From positions 64,001-128,000 of the IMG/VR virus record IMGVR_UViG_3300045988_126619: a stretch of DNA of 64,000 nucleotides; one strand, written 5' to 3'. This DNA comes from a virus. Below, one piece after another: positions 8,872 through 16,174 of this stretch (position 1 is the stretch's first letter; every line of letters starts with the position of its first letter). The position numbers and the translations under genes were made by a program. The notes below the pieces were generated by a model. It was not told the origin of the DNA and made no database searches. It was given only the letters and a program-made list of their open reading frames with translations.

Positions 8872-9186
8872 ATGATTTTAAGAGATAAGGGTAAAAGTTT
8901 TTTTGATGAAAAATTAATTGTTGGAGCATCTGTTTATGAAGATTATTACGGAAACAACGATATTCGTAAAGGAATAAATATATTTACAAGAGATAAACAT
9001 TACAGATTTGAGTATGATGATATCAAACTGGCTCAAGAAGATATATTTGATATTCAACAATTATATGTAGAAAGAAATAAACCTAACCAAATGTTTGTTG
9101 ATAGTAGAGTTAATATAAGTACACAGATACAAGATGAACAAGGTGATTTGAGAAATTTTGCTGATAGAGTTAATGAATTAATATAA
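8872..9186 (+). CDS. hypothetical protein
   Basis: SD TAGGAGTG upstream, preceded by the AAAATAAACAATA box. Confidence 0.6.
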   Translation: MILRDKGKSFFDEKLIVGASVYEDYYGNNDIRKGINIFTRDKHYRFEYDDIKLAQEDIFDIQQLYVERNKPNQMFVDSRVNISTQIQDEQGDLRNFADRVNELI

Positions 9187-9224
9187 GCAAACCATATTAT
9201 ACAACAACATAGAACAGGGTAAAA

Positions 9225-9255
9225 GGGAAGATTGCTAACGCATCTTCTCCTTTTT
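9225..9255 (+). terminator. intrinsic terminator
   Basis: 8-bp stem GGGAAGAT/ATCTT(C)TCC with one bulge, 9-nt loop, TTTTT at 9251-9255. Confidence 0.65.
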
Positions 9256-9313
9256 AACTCATAAAACAAGTTTTATTCGTTATAGTTTGTTTTTTATTAT
9301 CTATACCTACAAC

Positions 9314-9516
9314 TATATACCCCCCCCATATATGAAGTATATCCGCCCATATAAGCTTCTTATACCCCTCCCCTTATAACTTTACTATTTATATTTGCAG
9401 GGTGCTTAGAACAGCTAATAGGGTTATTATTTTGTTATATGTTTACGACTGCAATATACCCCCTCCCTACCTATATATAATTATTGGCATTAATACGTTA
9501 AGTACCCGCCCTACTT
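9314..9516 (+). repeat. cluster of five short AT-stem hairpins with C-rich loops
   Basis: TATATA-C8-ATATAT (9314-9333); TATAT-CCGCCC-ATATA (9338-9353); TTATA-CCCCTCCCC-TTATAA (9360-9379); ATATA-CCCCCTCCCTACC-TATAT (9454-9476); AAGTA-CCCGCCC-TACTT (9500-9516). Confidence 0.6.
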
Positions 9517-9543
9517 GACAACAATTAAAAATAGTATTATAAT
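9515..9543 (+). promoter_or_regulatory. consensus sigma-A promoter firing into ORF-free DNA
   Basis: -35 TTGACA 9515-9520, 17-nt spacer, -10 TATAAT 9538-9543. No ORF of 60 aa or more lies downstream for 1.8 kb. Confidence 0.6.
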
Positions 9544-9757
9544 AGTAATAAAGAAGTAGGGTAGAATAATAGATATTTACTCTATGAAATGGCAATAAGT
9601 TCTTTGAAAAGTAAATAAAAAGGGTGTTTTTGAAAATGGATATATCCGATGATTTACATATGTTTATGAGTGATGTTATGAGAAAAGTGTTACTCGTCAA
9701 AAAATACAAAATGTGTGTAGATTAAGGAGAGGATGGCTTTGTTCACGAATTGAACAC

Positions 9758-9769
9758 AGTAAACGTTTA
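9758..9769. repeat. perfect 12-bp palindrome GTAAACGTTTAC (copy 1)
   Basis: An identical copy sits at 11294-11305. 11/12 copies are at 11237-11248 and 14176-14187. Confidence 0.7.
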
Positions 9770-9928
9770 CAAGTACCCCCTAGTATACGTTTTCATACGA
9801 TATATAACAGAGTATAAGTATACATTATACGTTGTTACCTATGTACTAGGCTTTACCAGTAATAAGGGAAAATATTTTCATAAATTGAACACTCATTAAT
9901 GTTATGTATATATTTGTTACGTACCTAT

Positions 9929-9944
9929 ACACACACACACACAC
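9929..9944. repeat. (AC)8 microsatellite
   Basis: Read directly from the sequence. Confidence 0.9.
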
Positions 9945-9966
9945 CAACATAACAAAATGTTAATAT

Positions 9967-9998
9967 CAAGTACAGTATTAGTAAACATAAAGTTTAAT
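9967..9998 (+). repeat. ~30-nt direct repeat, copy a
   Basis: CAAGTACAGTATTAGTAAACATAAAGTTTA versus CAAGTATAGTATTAGTAAACAAAAGTTTA at 11095-11125. Confidence 0.6.
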
Positions 9999-10192
9999 AT
10001 TAATGAACTATTACCACCATAAAGTTTTGTATTACTATACTTTGTGTTCACTATTACTATACTTGATTTATATATAAGATAAGATTTGAACGTTTGTTAT
10101 TTGTATAGTTGTTCAAGTTTCAATAGTTCAAATCTTATTTTCTCTTATATTTGATATCATGTTATATGGTATTATATACTACATTAACAAGT

Positions 10193-10405
10193 TTGACATA
10201 CAATGATAGAGTTGTTCTAGCAAAAGAGTTATCGAATACCACTTTAAGAGGTTTGACAAGTTATACATTATGTGTTCTAAGTTATATAGTAATGAATACT
10301 ACATAATAAGATTTGACAAACGCTATAACATTTGTTCTAAGATAAGAGTTATTGAATACCATATAAGAAGGCTTGACAAACTATGTTTGATTTGTTCTAA
10401 ATTTT
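10193..10405 (+). repeat. four tandem units in exact 60-bp phase
   Basis: TTGACA at 10193, 10253, 10313, 10373. GTTCTA at 10214, 10274, 10334, 10394. GAATAC at 10234, 10294, 10354. Confidence 0.8.
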
Positions 10406-10406
10406 T

Positions 10407-10650
10407 GGATACTATTTTGAGTGATTTGTCAAGAGTTAATTTATAAGAGGTATTTAATACTGCATTATAAGGTTTGACATAATAATAATTTTATATCTAG
10501 TTTTTTAGAACGACTGATTTTGTTTTGTCAAGTATAATTTTATATATGGTATTGGATACTGTTTAATAAGGTTTGACACATGATGATTTATATGCTCTAA
10601 GAATTTAGATACTATTTTTATAGTTTTGTCAATGGTTAATTTTAGGAGAT
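10407..10650. repeat. ~100-bp-phased composite units with alternating TTGACA orientation
   Basis: TGTCAA at 10427, 10526, 10627. TTGACA at 10474, 10573. (G/A)GATAC at 10407, 10554, 10607. Confidence 0.7.
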
Positions 10651-11094
10651 ATAGTGTATTTAATATGTATACATATGTATGTGTATGAAGTACACCAATC
10701 TATACACGTACAATATAACGACAATTTAGATTTGAACGTGAATTTAAGAACGAAAATAACCTTGTAATTAATCATTTATTTTGTGTTTGAATTTACATTT
10801 TTGTGAGAATTGAAGATAGCTGAAACGTAGTCATATCAATGGTTTGCAGGCTTACAAATATTCCTAATTAATGATAATATATATCATTTACATAAGAATA
10901 TAGTATAGTAAAGGTTTACAACGCATTTATTACGTTATTTTACGACTGTTTTATAACTGGTATTTTAAGAGATATTAAGAACACGAACGTTTAACGTATT
11001 GTGGTGTGAAACATTCAGATAACATATATTAGAACAAGTATTTTGATTTTGTCAAGTTTTTAGCGGAATAGAGTAGTATTGTACAATATATGAA

Positions 11095-11125
11095 CAAGTA
11101 TAGTATTAGTAAACAAAAGTTTATA
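11095..11125 (+). repeat. ~30-nt direct repeat, copy b
   Basis: Matches 9967-9998 with one mismatch and one indel. Confidence 0.6.
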
Positions 11126-11293
11126 AATAGTAAACAATTATCAGAATATTATGAGCGTGTATAATAACGATAATGGAACGATAGAACGGTTTTATTTTTC
11201 AAGGTATTAGTTTACCTGCGATTTTTGGGCGTGAATCTAAACGTTTACATGGGCATTAGAATTGATTGACCAGTCAACATATTGAGTAGTTTT

Positions 11294-11305
11294 GTAAACG
11301 TTTAC
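11294..11305. repeat. perfect 12-bp palindrome GTAAACGTTTAC (copy 2)
   Basis: Identical to 9758-9769. Confidence 0.7.
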
Positions 11306-11382
11306 AGAGTATGAGTGTTCAACAAGTGAACTATTGTTCTGAATAGTGTATAATTAAATAATATGCGAACCTTATCAAGTGC

Positions 11383-11415
11383 AAAAAAATAACTAGCGTA
11401 TAGAACGTTAGTTAT
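11383..11415 (-). terminator. intrinsic terminator of the leftward micro-operon
   Basis: On the - strand: stem ATAACTA/TAGTTAT, 13-nt loop, T7 run. It overlaps the stop of 11412..11621(-). Confidence 0.6.
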
Positions 11416-11621
11416 TGATATATAGATAAAGCTATTAATATTAATATACATAGAGTTGAAAACATTTGTAAGTTGCGTATAATACGTTGAATACTGTTTA
11501 ATGGTTTGAAATCAAGTGACACGTTATAAGAAGTTTTGTTATTATTAGTTATCTTTTTGCTGAATGTTAATGTAGTATTGAATACCATGTTAAAAGTTCT
11601 ATTATAAGTTGTTGTTATCAT
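11412..11621 (-). CDS. 69-aa protein with an Asn/Thr-rich N-terminus and a hydrophobic C-terminus
   Basis: SD AAGAGGTG 7 nt before the ATG. Bracketed by a - strand promoter and terminator. Its DNA overlaps copies of the GAATAC/TTTGA repeat words, so caution is needed. Confidence 0.4.
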   Translation of the reverse strand: MITTTYNRTFNMVFNTTLTFSKKITNNNKTSYNVSLDFKPLNSIQRIIRNLQMFSTLCILILIALSIYQ

Positions 11622-11651
11622 ATCTTTACACCTCTTATTATTTATTTTATG

Positions 11652-11768
11652 CTATATAAATTTATAAGTATAAACTTGTTCCTTAATATCTTTAATACCT
11701 AGAATGAATGATAGTTGTTTTTTGTCTACCACCTTTTGAGTTCCATCTTTAAAAAATATCTTACACAT
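11652..11768 (-). CDS. 38-aa peptide MCKIFFKDGTQKVVDKKQLSFILGIKDIKEQVYTYKFI (not in the track)
   Basis: Carries the AAAGGTGGTAATA SD signature used by + strand early genes, and is preceded by an AAGATAAATGATA box on the - strand. Confidence 0.45.
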   Translation of the reverse strand: MCKIFFKDGTQKVVDKKQLSFILGIKDIKEQVYTYKFI

Positions 11769-11818
11769 AATTTTATTACCACCTTTACATTTTTTGTTAT
11801 CATTTATCTTATGTACTC

Positions 11819-11847
11819 ATTATATAATAAATTTTGGATATAGTCAA
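11819..11847 (-). promoter_or_regulatory. consensus leftward promoter
   Basis: On the - strand: TTGACT (11842-11847), 17-nt spacer, TATAAT (11819-11824). Confidence 0.65.
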
Positions 11848-11935
11848 CATTTTAAGTAATATTTTTATTAATTATTTTATGTTATATATTATATATAATG
11901 TAGAGAAAATTTTAATAATATTTTTACTTAAAATG

Positions 11936-11964
11936 TTGACATAAGATAAACAATAATATATAAT
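11936..11964 (+). promoter_or_regulatory. consensus rightward promoter
   Basis: -35 TTGACA 11936-11941, 17-nt spacer (taagataaacaataata), -10 TATAAT 11959-11964. Confidence 0.75.
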
Positions 11965-12009
11965 AGTAGTTGTAAAGGACAATAGAATAAATTTAAAGAG
12001 GTGCTGTAA

Positions 12010-12336
12010 ATGAAACTTAATATTAAAAAATTAGATGGTTCAAAAGAACAAATTAAATGTGATAATTTTTCAATATTAACATATGAAAAAGATAAAAATA
12101 TTAAAGAATTATATAGTGGAAGTGAAATAGAAAGAATAACAGTAATGTCGGGTATTGTAGATAAAAACATGAGATTGCATGACTGTAAAATAAAATATTT
12201 AGCGTTAATATCACTATTAGACAAAAGCGATAAAGCTCAACCTTGGATGAAAATAGATTTAAACAATTCAAGTGTTGGTGACATTCAACAAAGAACAAGA
12301 GAAATAGAAGAATATATAATAGAATCTTTATGTTAA
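12010..12336 (+). CDS. hypothetical protein
   Basis: SD AAAGAGGTG upstream. Stop TAA 12334-12336 abuts the ribozyme. Confidence 0.6.
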   Translation: MKLNIKKLDGSKEQIKCDNFSILTYEKDKNIKELYSGSEIERITVMSGIVDKNMRLHDCKIKYLALISLLDKSDKAQPWMKIDLNNSSVGDIQQRTREIEEYIIESLC

Positions 12337-12407
12337 GCTTAAAAAGTGCTGACGAGTCTTTGAAAATTAAGACGAAACTAGGGGCAACCCTAGTCCACTT
12401 TAAAAGT
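12337..12407 (+). ncRNA. type I hammerhead self-cleaving ribozyme
   Basis: Stem I 12343-12348/12396-12401; core CUGACGA 12349-12355; stem II GUCUU/AAGAC 12356-12360/12369-12373; GAA 12374-12376; stem III ACUAGGG/CCCUAGU with GCAA loop 12377-12394; cleavage after C12395. Confidence 0.85.
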
Positions 12408-12437
12408 GAATTTTAATTAAATAAGGAGCGTTTAAAG

Positions 12438-12869
12438 ATGATTAAAATATTAAGAGTTGTTCAATTAAAACATATTAAAAAGGTTAAAATATTAGATGGA
12501 GATAATAAAATTACTATAGATTTTAGTAAGAATATTACGAAAATTAATAACAATCCTTTTGACACTTTTTCTAAAACTGTTATAAATGGAATACCAAACA
12601 AATATATTCACTTAGAAAAATTGTTTAACAATGAAGATAGAGAAAATATGTTAAACATTGTTTATGATATGATAGTAAAGGGTTGTTATAGCATAAGCAA
12701 TGATTATATCTATATAGATTATAATGGTAATGAATATAGAATTAATACACGTAATAAAGATAGTTTTATAATAGGAAGAATAGGAGATAATGAACTTGTT
12801 ACACGCTTTTATTATGAAGTAAATAATATAAAATCTAATACAGTATATGAAGTATTGTCTAATTGTTAA
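12438..12869 (+). CDS. hypothetical protein
   Basis: SD AAGGAGCG upstream. Confidence 0.6.
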   Translation: MIKILRVVQLKHIKKVKILDGDNKITIDFSKNITKINNNPFDTFSKTVINGIPNKYIHLEKLFNNEDRENMLNIVYDMIVKGCYSISNDYIYIDYNGNEYRINTRNKDSFIIGRIGDNELVTRFYYEVNNIKSNTVYEVLSNC

Positions 12870-12890
12870 TAATGTTTTTATTAAAAGTTG

Positions 12891-12919
12891 TTGACATTTA
12901 TAAAATTATCTATTATAAT
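12891..12919 (+). promoter_or_regulatory. sigma-A-type promoter
   Basis: -35 TTGACA 12891-12896, 17-nt spacer, -10 TATAAT 12914-12919. Upstream TTATTAAAAGTTG UP-like tract. Confidence 0.7.
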
Positions 12920-12965
12920 ATAGGCATAGTAAACGAACAAAATAAATGATAAGGAGCGATAAGAT

Positions 12966-13445
12966 ATGAAAAAATTTAACAAAGGTGATATAGTATTATG
13001 TAAGAATGTTATAGGAGCAAACTACATTTTATGTAAAGTAATTGATGGAAATTATTCAGATAGGGCAATAGAGGTGCAAGTATTAAAAAATAACGCTTAT
13101 ACAGTAGTTAGCTTGATTTACTGCAAAAAGGTTACACAAAACACTATCAAAAAAGAAATACAAAGGGAATTAATAGCAAATGGAGTGACTAAAGAAGATT
13201 TAGATAACAATGTTTTTGAAGATTTTATTTCATTAGAGTTATTATGTGCTATAAAAGCATTTGCGTTAAACTTTGTTAAGTTGACAATATCTGATTTAAA
13301 GGCTATTAAGTATTGTGACGAATACGACAACGCAGAGGACTTTAAGCAAACAATTATATTTTCATTTTTTGATTACTTATTGGATAATGATAATATAACA
13401 ATAACTCAATTTAAAAATACAATTGTAAAGAATTTAACAGTATAA
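12966..13445 (+). CDS. hypothetical protein
   Basis: SD AAGGAGCG upstream, preceded by the AAAATAAATGATA box 12939-12951. Confidence 0.6.
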   Translation: MKKFNKGDIVLCKNVIGANYILCKVIDGNYSDRAIEVQVLKNNAYTVVSLIYCKKVTQNTIKKEIQRELIANGVTKEDLDNNVFEDFISLELLCAIKAFALNFVKLTISDLKAIKYCDEYDNAEDFKQTIIFSFFDYLLDNDNITITQFKNTIVKNLTV

Positions 13446-13460
13446 GGAGCGTGTAAAGAT

Positions 13461-13661
13461 ATGATTAAGTGTGTAAAGGAAATTAAGCCAAATGACGTAT
13501 TGGATTTAGGTGGTAACATTTTTAACAATACAAGGTCGGTTTGTACATTAGTAAGTTATGGAATATGTGGCGACACATACGAACTCAATTTAAAGTCGGA
13601 ACAAACTGGAGAATATTTTACTCAAGAATTTAAAAATACTGATAATATTGTGGTGTGGTAA
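13461..13661 (+). CDS. hypothetical protein
   Basis: SD AAGGAGCG upstream. Confidence 0.55.
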   Translation: MIKCVKEIKPNDVLDLGGNIFNNTRSVCTLVSYGICGDTYELNLKSEQTGEYFTQEFKNTDNIVVW

Positions 13662-13674
13662 AGGAGCGTTAACA

Positions 13675-13860
13675 ATGAATAGAATTAATGATTTGATAGA
13701 AAAACAGTTTTTAACTTATGACGAACTTGCAGAACTAACACTCTCTAGTTATGTTGAAAGTGTTATTGACAATGGGAATAGTGGTTTACATTATGGATAT
13801 AAATGGTTTTCGGTTATAGTGAATGATTTTGACTTTGACATATACGTTAAATATGATTAA
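13675..13860 (+). CDS. hypothetical protein
   Basis: SD AAAGGAGCG 6 nt before ATG 13675. The track start at 13648 overlaps the previous gene. Confidence 0.55.
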   Translation: MNRINDLIEKQFLTYDELAELTLSSYVESVIDNGNSGLHYGYKWFSVIVNDFDFDIYVKYD

Positions 13861-13874
13861 GGAGTGTAGGCAAT

Positions 13875-14141
13875 ATGTGGAAAAAGATATTTGATATTAA
13901 TAATCAATTAAAACAAGTTACAAACGATATTAAGGCAAGCGACAAGCAAATACACGCTATAGAGGTTAATAAGCAAGGATTATTATATATTAATAGTGTA
14001 ATAGGTGTGGCTAATGACGTGGCAACTGGAAATTATTGTTTGATAGGTGTAGTTGATAGTGGTTTGAGTTCAAATGATGAACGACTAAAGTTATACTTAC
14101 AAAATATAATAAATGAATACAATGAATTAAGAAGTGTATAA
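13875..14141 (+). CDS. hypothetical protein
   Basis: SD AAGGAGTG upstream. Confidence 0.55.
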   Translation: MWKKIFDINNQLKQVTNDIKASDKQIHAIEVNKQGLLYINSVIGVANDVATGNYCLIGVVDSGLSSNDERLKLYLQNIINEYNELRSV

Positions 14142-14166
14142 GAGGTATTATTACCTCTTATTTTAT
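14140..14166 (+). terminator. intrinsic terminator
   Basis: 8-bp stem AAGAGGTA/TACCTCTT, loop TTAT, then ATTTTATTA. Confidence 0.65.
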
Positions 14167-14441
14167 TATATCAATGTAAACGTTTAATTTTAGTGTCATA
14201 TGTACAGAATGATAAATAATACATTATTAATACTGCAACGACTGTATGAAGCTGACAAGGGCAAAATATTTGATATTACGTTGTATTATATTGTTGTTAG
14301 AATACTATATAATACATTTATTAGCTAATATAAGCGTTTTTGTGAGTTCTAATGAATAATTTATCATCTAATATGTTAAACCACTAATGTAAACGATATT
14401 ATGAATAAATAAAAAAATAATAAAAAGTTATTAAAAAGTTG

Positions 14442-14470
14442 TTGACATAAAATAAATTATAATATATAAT
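14442..14470 (+). promoter_or_regulatory. consensus promoter (first of a tandem pair)
   Basis: -35 TTGACA 14442-14447, 17-nt spacer, -10 TATAAT 14465-14470. Confidence 0.75.
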
Positions 14471-14538
14471 AATACTTGTAAGGAACAACAGAAACGGAAC
14501 GCCTTGAAAATATCAAGCAAACAGTAACAAAATTGTTC

Positions 14539-14567
14539 TTGACAAAGCACAAAATAAATGATATGAT
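14539..14567 (+). promoter_or_regulatory. sigma-A-type promoter (second of a tandem pair)
   Basis: -35 TTGACA 14539-14544, 17-nt spacer with AAAATAAATGA, -10 TATGAT 14562-14567. Confidence 0.55.
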
Positions 14568-14758
14568 AATATCAAGGAAAACAGTTCTTTGAAAAATAAA
14601 TATATAGATATTAGATTTACTTTGAAAAAGTTTATAACTTTAAAGAGTGCATTACAAGAGTGAATTGCTTATCTTAATTATTTATTTAATTTAATATATA
14701 GTAATGTTGTATATTAAATTAAGTAAATAAAATATTAAATATAAGAGGTTGAAGTAGT

Positions 14759-15097
14759 ATGGAAAAAATGTATTATATCAAATCTAAAAATTATGAACTT
14801 GCTGAAAGACAACAAGACAAATTACGTTATTTGTATGAAGAGTTAAATTATAATTACATTGTTGAAAACAATCCACAAGAATTAACCAAGGAAGAGTACG
14901 AAAAACAATTATCTGACATTTTCAAGGCTCAAGAACAATTAGACAATGCTATGAATAATGTACATTTTGAAGGGTTTAAAGCTAAAGCATATTGGAAATA
15001 TGTAGAGGTTATTAATTACTGGGCAAATGTTAAAGCTACAGAAATGCAAATAGTTTGCGACAAGCTAAGAAGTCAAGGGTTTACGGCTTGTATATAA
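14759..15097 (+). CDS. hypothetical protein
   Basis: SD AAGAGGTTGAAG upstream. Confidence 0.55.
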   Translation: MEKMYYIKSKNYELAERQQDKLRYLYEELNYNYIVENNPQELTKEEYEKQLSDIFKAQEQLDNAMNNVHFEGFKAKAYWKYVEVINYWANVKATEMQIVCDKLRSQGFTACI

Positions 15098-15131
15098 ATT
15101 AGTAAAAATATTATGAAAAGGTGGTAATATT

Positions 15132-15620
15132 ATGAAAACAAAATTAGTAGTAAATGGATTAACTTTAAATATCGAACTAAAAACAAAGGTTTGCAGAGAT
15201 TATTCAGATTTCCAAGAAAAGGAAATGATTTGTTTGTCAATAAGTGGAAGCAAAAAAGGATATGGAAGAGGTCAATGTTTGGGCTATATTAAACAAAGAA
15301 TTTTAATGGGTTCATTTAATCCAAGACTTAAAAAGGCTCAAACTAATGAAGTATTAAATATTATAAACATATGGGAAAAGTATCATTTGAACGATATGAA
15401 AGCGGGAACTATAAACCAAGAAAAGTTCATCAAAGAAAACTATAAAGGTGCTTATGATTATAACAAAGTTTGTGAATTATTAAAAGAAAACAATCTTTTA
15501 GAAGATGTTTACATGAATTGTCAAAATTACAAATATGGTACATCTTGGTTATGTGAAGAAATACCAACAAGCGTTATAGATAGCTTAATGAACTCTATAG
15601 AGAATTTACAAAACATGTAA
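15132..15620 (+). CDS. hypothetical protein, paralog family C (with 17667..18350)
   Basis: SD AAAGGTGGTAATA upstream. Shared block GQCL..VLNIIxIWExYHL. Confidence 0.6.
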   Translation: MKTKLVVNGLTLNIELKTKVCRDYSDFQEKEMICLSISGSKKGYGRGQCLGYIKQRILMGSFNPRLKKAQTNEVLNIINIWEKYHLNDMKAGTINQEKFIKENYKGAYDYNKVCELLKENNLLEDVYMNCQNYKYGTSWLCEEIPTSVIDSLMNSIENLQNM

Positions 15621-15666
15621 TAATAAGTTGTCAGTATTTTTTTAGTAAAAACTTTATTAAAAAGTA

Positions 15667-15695
15667 TTGACAACACACAAAATAAATGATAATAT
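15667..15695 (+). promoter_or_regulatory. sigma-A-type promoter with UP-like tract and box
   Basis: AAAACTTTATTAAAAAGTA upstream. -35 TTGACA 15667-15672, 17-nt spacer, -10 TAATAT 15690-15695. Confidence 0.6.
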
Positions 15696-15743
15696 ATTAG
15701 TATAGTAAATAAAGAAAATAAATATAAAAGGTGGTAATAAATT

Positions 15744-16130
15744 ATGATGAAAATATCTAAAATAACAATGTATTTATGTAAATCTGAAAGAAGAAATAGC
15801 AAATGTATATCTAAAAGCTTGGATATAGTTAAGACTAGTACGCCAACAAAGCTAAAATCACAATTCAATAAAGAGGATATAATAGACTTTATAGACAAGG
15901 TCGTTTGTTGTAGAGAAGATTATCCAGTAATTAGATTTACAGTATTTGACGGAAATTTCTGTTTATCTAATTGGAATACGAGAAAAATACACGGAAATAT
16001 TGAAGAGGTAATAAACTGTATTTATAAATATATGCAGTATTTGAATGGTAAAGAGTTCGATTTTACCTTGGAAGAACTTCATAGCGATAAGCGTGTAAGA
16101 TATCATATAAATAAATATTATCATGGTTAA
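15744..16130 (+). CDS. hypothetical protein
   Basis: SD AAAGGTGGTAATA upstream. Confidence 0.6.
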   Translation: MMKISKITMYLCKSERRNSKCISKSLDIVKTSTPTKLKSQFNKEDIIDFIDKVVCCREDYPVIRFTVFDGNFCLSNWNTRKIHGNIEEVINCIYKYMQYLNGKEFDFTLEELHSDKRVRYHINKYYHG

Positions 16131-16174
16131 TTAATAAGTGGTCAACATTTTTAGTAAAAACTTTATTAAAAGTG

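Noticed and set aside
9314-9516. A G-quadruplex on the - strand formed from the C-boxes.
   Set aside because: The G-runs are 20-80 nt apart, far beyond canonical loop lengths. The hairpin-with-C-loop description fits better.
10150-10650. The periodic repeat array as a CRISPR array.
   Set aside because: The units are only semi-conserved, with the conserved words spread across the whole 60 bp, so there are no identical repeats separating unique spacers. Orientation flips midway, and there are no cas genes in the window.
14676-14735. A ~20-bp AT-only hairpin in the long leader of 14759..15097, and the (AT)8 run at 34306-34321.
   Set aside because: Pure A/T palindromes and dinucleotide runs are expected by chance in DNA this AT-rich, and nothing else supports a function.
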